From the NCBI GenBank assembly GCA_028707815.1, contig JAQWAE010000004.1:55986-119985 (forward strand): a DNA stretch of 64,000 bases, in the 5' to 3' direction. Every line of letters starts with the position of its first letter. The first letter of the stretch is position 1. Below the pieces are notes generated by a model. That model was given only the letters and a program-made list of their open reading frames with translations, did no database searches and was not told where the DNA came from. Positions 53,908 to 61,415 of the stretch are shown here, one piece after another. Position numbers and translations under genes: made by a program. The DNA is from Bacteroidales bacterium (lineage in GTDB: Bacteria > Bacteroidota > Bacteroidia > Bacteroidales > BM520).

Positions 53908-54135
53908 ATCAAAGGAACGGAATCATTTTATTTTCATAAAGCAGATATTTATGAAAAACCCACTTTGCGTAAATTTCTAAATTTATTAGATAAAGACTTG
54001 ATTATGTTCGATATTCGTATTGGCTCATATCAATCCGGGAGAAATTTCGGAAAAGCACACGACCACGGTAGCGGATTTAGAATTTTGGAAAAGAATCTAA
54101 ACAAGCTATATTCTGAACACGAAAAAGTAGAGTAA
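53896..54135 (+). pseudogene. Unassigned ORF remnant (possible 3' fragment of the partner restriction gene)
   Basis: The frame is open over 53896-54135, but the only ATG gives 43 aa (MFDIRIGSYQSGRNFGKAHDHGSGFRILEKNL...). It is divergent from the truncated methylase. No family recognised. Confidence 0.25.
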
Positions 54136-54164
54136 ACACACAATAATCTCCATCTTTTTTAACA

Positions 54165-54270
54165 CACATCAGCCAAGGCGGGTCCGCATTGTTGCTTCGC
54201 AACAATTTTGTGTTTGCCTTATCAGCTTATAAATCCTTTAACATGACCCCGAAGGGGGCACATATTTATA
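54165..54270 (+). repeat. R-module repeat, second copy, carrying a ~30-nt hairpin insertion
   Basis: It has the same ends as 23378-23453. The insertion attgttgc-ttc-gcaacaat sits inside the loop of the caaggc/gcctt stem. Confidence 0.7.
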
Positions 54271-54281
54271 GACAGAAATTA

Positions 54282-55184
54282 TTACACCCGTAATTTTACA
54301 GCATCTAACAAAGTATCTATTTTAAAATCGAAAACACTACGCATTTCACCCGCCATACAAAAACCGCATTTGTCACACATTCCCATTGTTTTACCAACAC
54401 ATTCATTTAACAGTGTGCCATCGGGCAATATGTAATTTGTAACCCAACACTGACGCTCAAAATTATTATGCTTCATAAACTCCAAACCCGAAACAGAGTT
54501 CATAATAGGATATTTAGCCTTTTTCATCGATATCAACAAGTCGATAATTTCCACACGCTTATCCAAGTCAAGAAACAAAGACTCAGTACCTTTATACGGC
54601 GTATGAAAATTCAAAGAAATCAATTTAATTGCCGGATTGTCTTTTGCATAATTCACTGTATCTCTGACGTTTGTATAATTCAAACTGTTGATAGTCATAT
54701 TCACGTTAAGATTTTTATGATGACTTTCGGCTATGTTTTTTTCGAGCTTTTTAAAAGCTCCCGCTCCGCGTATTTCATCATGAAATTTCTCCGTTCCATC
54801 TAAACTGACCCAGATAGAATCTGCCAAACTACCGGCAAAAGAACCTTGCGCATTAGTGGTTATAGTCGTGGAAAAAAAGCCGATTTCTTTCGCAAGACGT
54901 ATCAAGTCGTTGACAGTCTTATCTCCATCACGCCAAATTGTAGGCTCACCACCTTCAAAATCAATAAAACGCGATCCTAATTCATAAGAATAACGCAACT
55001 CGTCTTCCACTTGATTATACGATTTAACTATCGGATTATCAATATTATAAACACCACAATGTCTACATCGCAAATTACATTTATCTGTGATAAACAACAC
55101 TGTTTGTAATGGTTTTTGTCTTGCGAACAGTCTTACATCAACAAACCATCCGCCAAGATACATCATTTCCAATATTTTATTCAT
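54282..55184 (-). CDS. Radical SAM protein with a C-terminal Cys-rich (SPASM/twitch-like) region
   Basis: CNLRCRHC near the N-terminus and a C-terminal CDKCGFC. The start is set at ATG 55184 (MNKILEMM), 1 nt after the upstream stop. Confidence 0.8.
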   Translation of the reverse strand: MNKILEMMYLGGWFVDVRLFARQKPLQTVLFITDKCNLRCRHCGVYNIDNPIVKSYNQVEDELRYSYELGSRFIDFEGGEPTIWRDGDKTVNDLIRLAKEIGFFSTTITTNAQGSFAGSLADSIWVSLDGTEKFHDEIRGAGAFKKLEKNIAESHHKNLNVNMTINSLNYTNVRDTVNYAKDNPAIKLISLNFHTPYKGTESLFLDLDKRVEIIDLLISMKKAKYPIMNSVSGLEFMKHNNFERQCWVTNYILPDGTLLNECVGKTMGMCDKCGFCMAGEMRSVFDFKIDTLLDAVKLRV

Positions 55185-55185
55185 A

Positions 55186-56178
55186 TCAATCAAGTAATAA
55201 AGATACAACAATAAGTACAAAAGAGAAAGCCATCAACAAATTTCTGGCTAAGAACCATCTTATCATAAACCAATCTATTCCGGCGAGTTTTATCTGCTCC
55301 CATTTTTCCATTGGCAGCATCCAGAACTTAGGCTTGACAGCAGTAATTTTACCTTTAACAAATTGACACATCAGATAAAACAGATAACAAGCAAGCGGCA
55401 ATGCTAAAAACACTAATAGATACCACAGGCTTAAGCCGGCAAAAATTACAGCTGCTGCTACAACCAAAAATGGAAACAAGATAAAGCAGAAAGAAAAAGC
55501 CAACATCGCTTTTTTATTATTAAGCAAGACGGCGAGTGTCACCTTCCCAACTTGCTTATCAGGTTCAAAGTCCATGATAGAATGAGTAAACAGCACGTTA
55601 GCCACAAGCAGCCCGAGTGCTATTGAAAATGTCCATATTTCGTTGGAAAAACATCCGCAGGCAGAGTAATAAACGCCTATCATATTTAAAACACCAAACT
55701 CTATAGCCACTATTATTTCGCCCAAACCTCGATAAGCAAGTTTCAGCGGAGAGCCGGAGTAAGAATATCCTAATACGCCGGCAATCAAGGCAATATAAAC
55801 AACAGGCATTCCTCTTTTCAAAAATATCACCACACCTAAAGCAACGGCGATAAGACAAAAGACGGCGGCTACACTTAGCAGTTGTCTCATAGTAGCCTTT
55901 CCGGAGGTAAGATATTCACATTTTGCAATTCTTGCGCGCATGCCGGCAGCAGCCATGTTATTACGAATTTCTACACCCTTGTTTTTGTAGTCGAAATAAT
56001 CATCTAACAAATTACATCCAAGATGTGCACACACTACGCCGACAATCGCAAGGACAGCATACAGCCACGAAAATGAAGGAGACTTACAGGCAAGACATAA
56101 AGCGACAACAGCAGGTAACAAACTCTGAGGCAGAGCATTATATCGAGCGTTGTTTAACCAGAAAAGGATTTTCATCAA
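55186..56178 (-). CDS. UbiA-superfamily prenyltransferase, MenA-like
   Basis: 330 aa, polytopic, with Asp-rich motifs NLLDDYFDY and MDFEPDKQVGK. The N-terminal WLNNARYNALPQS resembles MenA. Confidence 0.8.
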   Translation of the reverse strand: MMKILFWLNNARYNALPQSLLPAVVALCLACKSPSFSWLYAVLAIVGVVCAHLGCNLLDDYFDYKNKGVEIRNNMAAAGMRARIAKCEYLTSGKATMRQLLSVAAVFCLIAVALGVVIFLKRGMPVVYIALIAGVLGYSYSGSPLKLAYRGLGEIIVAIEFGVLNMIGVYYSACGCFSNEIWTFSIALGLLVANVLFTHSIMDFEPDKQVGKVTLAVLLNNKKAMLAFSFCFILFPFLVVAAAVIFAGLSLWYLLVFLALPLACYLFYLMCQFVKGKITAVKPKFWMLPMEKWEQIKLAGIDWFMIRWFLARNLLMAFSFVLIVVSLLLD

Positions 56179-56195
56179 AAAAAAATAATTAGCTG

Positions 56196-56203
56196 CAAAG
56201 TTA
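56196..56203 (-). promoter_or_regulatory. -7 box TAACTTTG for the prenyltransferase/radical-SAM pair
   Basis: The reverse complement of caaagtta, 18 nt upstream of the ATG at 56178. Confidence 0.45.
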
Positions 56204-56379
56204 AATTATTTTTTTCAATTACACACGGAGTAAATTCAACTAAGAAATGTAATTTAATTCATGATAGAATTATCCAAATTGTACTACATTTGCAGATTAA
56301 AAGTAAAATTAAACATGTTGCTAATTTTTGCAAATGCCAAATCAACGACAAAAGAATAATAACAAATTAAATATATATC

Positions 56380-57399
56380 ATGAAAATCAAGATTTTATCA
56401 ATACTTATAGGATTAAGCTCTATACTTATGATGTCTTCGTGCAACACCGGCACAAGCGGCGGCAGCAGATTATCAGGTTCTACAGGCAGCACTTACGAAT
56501 TACTTGTCGTAACCTCTCCGACAATATGGGAAGGCGAAGTTGGTGAGACTGTACAAAATTTCTTTCATCAAGATGACACAACTTTGCTGATGGTAGAGCC
56601 ACTGTACACAACACCGCAAATAAGCATGAAGCAGTTTGAAGAAAACATTATGTTTCAGTATTTTAAGAACATTCTTTTCATAGATATTGACCCGACAAGG
56701 GAAGCGAGCATAGAAACTCGCGATACAATTTGGGCGCGACCACAGAGAATATTTAAGATTGTCGCCCCTGATAACGCTTCTTTTGATGTAATATTTGACG
56801 AATACAAAGATTATATGTTAGAAAGATACATTGAAAACGAAAGAGAGAAGTTAAATGTTTATTTTCAGACGGCATTGAACAAGAAGGTAATGCAACGTGT
56901 TTATGAAAAATTCGGCTGCAATATGAACATCACAACAGGCTTTTACATTGCCAAAGACTTAGACGACTTTATGTGGCTCAGGAGCGAGACCTCTAAAACC
57001 AGCACCAACATAATGATTTATAGTGAAGATTATGTCAAAGAATCACAGTTAAATCCGAACTACATAGTTCTAAAAAGGAACATCATCACTAAAGAAAACA
57101 TTCCTGCGAGTTTGCCTGATTCGTATGCTAAGATTTCGGATTATCATCCGGTAAGTTCAAAAGTTGTAGACCTCAATGGCTTGTACGGCATCGAAACACG
57201 CGGCGCATGGGATTGTTCCGGCGATTTTATGGGCGGCACATTTTTAAATTATACCCTGATAGATGAGAAAAATAATAAAGTATTAACTGTTGACGGATTT
57301 ATTTATGCACCGAGCAGAGAAAAACGTGTGTTTATGATGCAACTCGAAGCACTATTCTGGTCTTTGCATGTCGACAAAATGAAAAATGACAAAAAATAA
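56380..57399 (+). CDS. Lipoprotein, DUF4837-like
   Basis: Lipobox MMSSC. The 339-aa size and composition resemble the Bacteroidetes DUF4837 family (recalled). Confidence 0.5.
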   Translation: MKIKILSILIGLSSILMMSSCNTGTSGGSRLSGSTGSTYELLVVTSPTIWEGEVGETVQNFFHQDDTTLLMVEPLYTTPQISMKQFEENIMFQYFKNILFIDIDPTREASIETRDTIWARPQRIFKIVAPDNASFDVIFDEYKDYMLERYIENEREKLNVYFQTALNKKVMQRVYEKFGCNMNITTGFYIAKDLDDFMWLRSETSKTSTNIMIYSEDYVKESQLNPNYIVLKRNIITKENIPASLPDSYAKISDYHPVSSKVVDLNGLYGIETRGAWDCSGDFMGGTFLNYTLIDEKNNKVLTVDGFIYAPSREKRVFMMQLEALFWSLHVDKMKNDKK

Positions 57400-57402
57400 A
57401 GA

Positions 57403-57435
57403 CAAAAAAAAGGAGCTGTTGCAAGCAACAGCTCC
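57403..57435 (-). terminator. Rho-independent terminator of rpmB
   Basis: Perfect 11-bp stem ggagctgttgc/gcaacagctcc followed on the minus strand by a T-run. Confidence 0.7.
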
Positions 57436-57477
57436 CCAAAATCAATTATTACAACACACACTTAATGTTCTATCAAA

Positions 57478-57723
57478 TTAATCTTCAAGGCAGATTAAAC
57501 CTTTTTGCTCTGCATCTTTAAGAACTGCTGAAATACCTTTCTTATCAATAGTTCTCATTGCAGATGTCGAAACTTTTAAATATACCCAACAATCTTCTTC
57601 GGGAATATAAAACTTCTTAGTCTGAAGATTCGGATAAAATCTTCTTCTTGTTTTAGCGTTGGAGTGAGAAACATTATTTCCCGACATCATTCTCTTTCCT
57701 GTAAGTTGACAAATACGTGACAT
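57478..57723 (-). CDS. rpmB: 50S ribosomal protein L28
   Basis: 81 aa beginning MSRICQLTGKR...GNNVSHSNAKTRRRF. Confidence 0.95.
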   Translation of the reverse strand: MSRICQLTGKRMMSGNNVSHSNAKTRRRFYPNLQTKKFYIPEEDCWVYLKVSTSAMRTIDKKGISAVLKDAEQKGLICLED

Positions 57724-57929
57724 TTCTTCTTATATTTTAAATGTTTTTTTCTACTAATTAAGACGGTGCAAAGGTCGCATTTTTTTTTGAATAAACAATA
57801 TTTTTTCGATAATTTTTTTACAAACTAAACATCATTGACTATCAGACAATTACGCCAACCATCATCTTTTATTCACAAATTCCAAACAGTTAAAACGCTC
57901 AAAAACGACTCAAAAAAAATCTCAAGAAT

Positions 57930-58454
57930 TTAATTAATATCCAATAATCCGTCCGGCAAGTCAAAAACAACAGATTTGTCATCAAAATTGACACTACATA
58001 TAAGGTCTTCATGAAAAGGTATCATAAATTCCGCTTTCCCATCATATACAATTAACAATGTTTGTTGTTTCGTTTCAACTATATCATTGACAACAGCAGA
58101 AAATTTGTTTTTTTCGCAAGATACCTTCCAGCCTTTCAAATCGAAGTCGGATATTTTCTGCAAATCTTCAGGTATCAAATTTTTAGGAAGATACACGTCT
58201 TTATTCAGATAAAAGTCGAAATTTGCGCCTTCGTATGGAATTTCAAAATGCACTCTCAATTCCTCCGGTGGCTTTTCAAAATATTCTGAAGGAAAAATCG
58301 GTAGTAAATCACCACTGCCGAGGTCTAAAAAAAGTGTGTCTTCTACAATAGAGAAAACATCAAAATTGACTGTAAGCCCGAGTATTAAATCATTATTCTT
58401 ACCGAATTTACGTTTAAAAGAGCCTATCTTTATATAATCGTTACGATTTATCAT
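57930..58454 (-). CDS. rimM: 16S rRNA processing protein RimM
   Basis: C-terminal PRC-barrel pattern LKGWKV...FMIPFHEDLI...DLPDGLLDI. The start is set at internal ATG 58454. Confidence 0.7.
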   Translation of the reverse strand: MINRNDYIKIGSFKRKFGKNNDLILGLTVNFDVFSIVEDTLFLDLGSGDLLPIFPSEYFEKPPEELRVHFEIPYEGANFDFYLNKDVYLPKNLIPEDLQKISDFDLKGWKVSCEKNKFSAVVNDIVETKQQTLLIVYDGKAEFMIPFHEDLICSVNFDDKSVVFDLPDGLLDIN

Positions 58455-58538
58455 AGTAAGAAGCATAAAATTGGCTGACAAAGTTAACATAAAATTTTAA
58501 TTTTGCATTTAAAACAAGACAAAAATGTTCGACAAAAT

Positions 58539-60386
58539 TTACTCTTGAGTGGAAAATCGCAAATAAACGTCTTTACATTCAACTGAAATATCACATTGCT
58601 CTATCAAAATTCTTGACACATCTACCCCATTATCAATTAAATAATTCTTAATCTCTACAGCATATAATGGTTTTCCTACTATAGTAATTATAAGCTCCGG
58701 CTTATCGGTCAACAGCAGCAACAAACGTAACAGTTCACCCTTGGACTTATCTTCATTAAAATGATTTGTTTCTTTAACAAATGATATGTTTTTAAGCAGC
58801 ACCAAAGAGTCGGGCGCATATTTATCTAACTGAAAATCAAATTTATGCGACATAAAGACAGACGTTCCCGGAATAATCATTTCATCCGGACAGAAAAAAT
58901 ATTCATCATTATGTAAAACAAAGCCGTAACTTCGTCCTGAAGGTAAAGATATAGAAAATTTTCCTGATTTAGGATGTGTCTCAAAAGATGCAATAATCTG
59001 CAAAGTCGAATTACAAACAACATCAATTTTCAGAGTTAAAGGCGTTTTGGCATCAGCATCAAGAAATTTACCGCTAACAGTATTCATAACGTAAGAATTG
59101 ATTTCGATAAAATCTTGGCAGCCAAAAGCAAAGTAATCGTCAGCAGGTGGTAATGTTAACAACGGCAAATCCGAATTTTCTTCAAGAAACAAACTCTCAA
59201 CATTAATCAGCTCAACCGAAAACAATTTAGTTTCGGCAGCCATCGTCTGCCTTTTCAACAAAAAATAATCATTACGCAAAAAATATCTAATATAAGTCTC
59301 GTTACTTGATGAATTAAGTGGATATCCTATGTTCTCTATCTTTGTCCAACCGTCATTTTCAAATTTAGATTTAAAAACATCGTAACCACCTATAGAACAC
59401 TCATTGTCAGAACATACGTACATAAAATTGTCGAACAAAGAAAAAGACAAAGAGATTTCGTTATACGGAGAATTTATATTAGAGCCGAGATTACGACAAT
59501 TTTCGCAATATATTTGTTCTTCAGGACTTATACTAATGACATCTGCCGCATAAATATCTTTACCGCCAAACCCGCCACTACGATCACTGACAAAATAAAT
59601 TTTTTTCATGTCTCTTGAAAAACAGGCAAAAGATTCTTCATATTTAGAATTAATACACCCTTTTATTTTTTTCAGATTAGCCCAATTTCCATGCTCGTCT
59701 TTAACGGAGAAAAAAATATTTCCCTTTCTGCAAACAAGTAAAACATTATTCTGAGAAACATCAGTTACAACGTCACCTGACTTTAGAATTTCGGTTGGCA
59801 TGATAAAATTTCTAACTCCGAAATTATTCATTATGTCACTAAGTGAGTCATTAGCCGTTTTTATTGCACAACGCAAGGAATTTGTGAGTAATTTTTCGCC
59901 GGCAGTACATTGAGCTTTATATTTATTTACGACAGTATCATACAAATCAAAAAATTTGTTATCTGTTAATTTATTATAAAACAGCAAGGCAGAATCTAAC
60001 TCATAATCAATTTGATAAGAACGGGCAAGTAAAAAAATATTATCATAAAGTTGTTCAGCAGAAGTAGTTAAAGAATCGTGTAAATAAAAAGCCGAATAAA
60101 GAAACCTTTTTGCAGAATTATCGCCAAGATAAAATTTGCATTTACCTATTTTATAATTCAGAGAAGCATTTTCTTGAACAACAGAATAAACTGTATTATA
60201 GTAATTTAAAGCTGTTTCGTAGTCAGGATTTTTAGCAGCCGTCAATTTATCCGCTTTGCGTATTGATGTCCGTACTATTTTCAGCTGCTTTTTGTCAATA
60301 GTCTGACTATCAGCAATTTCATTACTTTGTCCGCACAAAGTAAAAGTTGATACCAAAAACGTTAAAATAACAAATAAACGTTGCAT
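58539..60386 (-). CDS. Secreted TPR + PD40 (TolB-like) repeat protein with a degenerate OmpA-like C-terminus
   Basis: Signal peptide and N-terminal TPR-like helices. PD40 signature KKIYFVSDRSGGFGGKDIY. The C-terminal LKNISF...IITIVG...IKNYLIDNGV resembles OmpA_C but lacks the GHTD/RA residues. Confidence 0.5.
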   Translation of the reverse strand: MQRLFVILTFLVSTFTLCGQSNEIADSQTIDKKQLKIVRTSIRKADKLTAAKNPDYETALNYYNTVYSVVQENASLNYKIGKCKFYLGDNSAKRFLYSAFYLHDSLTTSAEQLYDNIFLLARSYQIDYELDSALLFYNKLTDNKFFDLYDTVVNKYKAQCTAGEKLLTNSLRCAIKTANDSLSDIMNNFGVRNFIMPTEILKSGDVVTDVSQNNVLLVCRKGNIFFSVKDEHGNWANLKKIKGCINSKYEESFACFSRDMKKIYFVSDRSGGFGGKDIYAADVISISPEEQIYCENCRNLGSNINSPYNEISLSFSLFDNFMYVCSDNECSIGGYDVFKSKFENDGWTKIENIGYPLNSSSNETYIRYFLRNDYFLLKRQTMAAETKLFSVELINVESLFLEENSDLPLLTLPPADDYFAFGCQDFIEINSYVMNTVSGKFLDADAKTPLTLKIDVVCNSTLQIIASFETHPKSGKFSISLPSGRSYGFVLHNDEYFFCPDEMIIPGTSVFMSHKFDFQLDKYAPDSLVLLKNISFVKETNHFNEDKSKGELLRLLLLLTDKPELIITIVGKPLYAVEIKNYLIDNGVDVSRILIEQCDISVECKDVYLRFSTQE

Positions 60387-61409
60387 CTAATCACAAGTTT
60401 TCAATAATTCATCAGATTCTTTAATTCCCAACAAAGACGCTCGTTGCCAGTCTTCACAAGCAGCCTCATTTTTTCTCATACGCTCCATTACATTTCCACG
60501 ATTAATATAAGCAACTCCATCATCAGGAAACAAATTAATCAATTTATCGAAGTCATTTTGAGCTTCAAGATATTTTTCCACTTTAAAGAAAGCTACACCA
60601 CGATTATTAAGCAAATACTTGTTGTCAGCATCAAATTCAAGTCCTTTGGAAAACGCTTCTATAGCGCGAGGATAATTTTTAAGATTATAAGCAACCATAC
60701 CTCTATTCAAATAAGCATCAACATAAGTAGAGTCTATTTCTAAAGCCTTTTCAAAATTTCTGACAGCCTCTCTGTTTTTGTCAAGTTTCGAGTAGCAATA
60801 TCCTATGTTATTGTAAGACTGTTTGTTATTTGGAATTTTTTCATTATAGTCAGAATAAAACCGTATGGCATCTTCATAATTATTCAATTTTTGATAAGCG
60901 CAAGCCAAATTAAACAGATATTCTTCTTTATAATTTATTTTCAGTGCTTTAACAAAATTTTGAGCCGCCAATTCGTAAGATTTACAGTCGAAGTATATCT
61001 TTCCCGAATAGAAATAAGCTCCATCAGCGTCGGGATTTTTCTCGACAGCCAACTTATAGCAATACAAGGCAGAATCTGTCTCTTGCAAATTATCAAAAGC
61101 TCTTCCTTTTAAAAAATAATTTACTCCTTCATCATTAGTTTGCAGAAACACATCAATATTTTTGACAGCCGCATTGAAATCACCTTTTACATAATAAGCC
61201 ACAGCAAGATTATAGTAAGATTTTGTCAAATCCTCTTTCAGCGACACAGCTTTTTCCAAATAAAACACGGCAGAATCCAACTCATCAACTTTGAGGAAAG
61301 CCACACCTTTATTATAACTTTCAAAAGCAAGAATGTCATTTTGAGTATAACCCGATAAACACAGAAAAAGCAAAAACAAGCAAGCAAATATTCTGCAAAC
61401 TTTAGACAT
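60387..61409 (-). CDS. Tetratricopeptide-repeat protein (secreted)
   Basis: Signal peptide, then about 8 TPR units (repeated A..YYN.G.....G....A...F..AL). Confidence 0.8.
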   Translation of the reverse strand: MSKVCRIFACLFLLFLCLSGYTQNDILAFESYNKGVAFLKVDELDSAVFYLEKAVSLKEDLTKSYYNLAVAYYVKGDFNAAVKNIDVFLQTNDEGVNYFLKGRAFDNLQETDSALYCYKLAVEKNPDADGAYFYSGKIYFDCKSYELAAQNFVKALKINYKEEYLFNLACAYQKLNNYEDAIRFYSDYNEKIPNNKQSYNNIGYCYSKLDKNREAVRNFEKALEIDSTYVDAYLNRGMVAYNLKNYPRAIEAFSKGLEFDADNKYLLNNRGVAFFKVEKYLEAQNDFDKLINLFPDDGVAYINRGNVMERMRKNEAACEDWQRASLLGIKESDELLKTCD

Positions 61410-61415
61410 AAAAGA

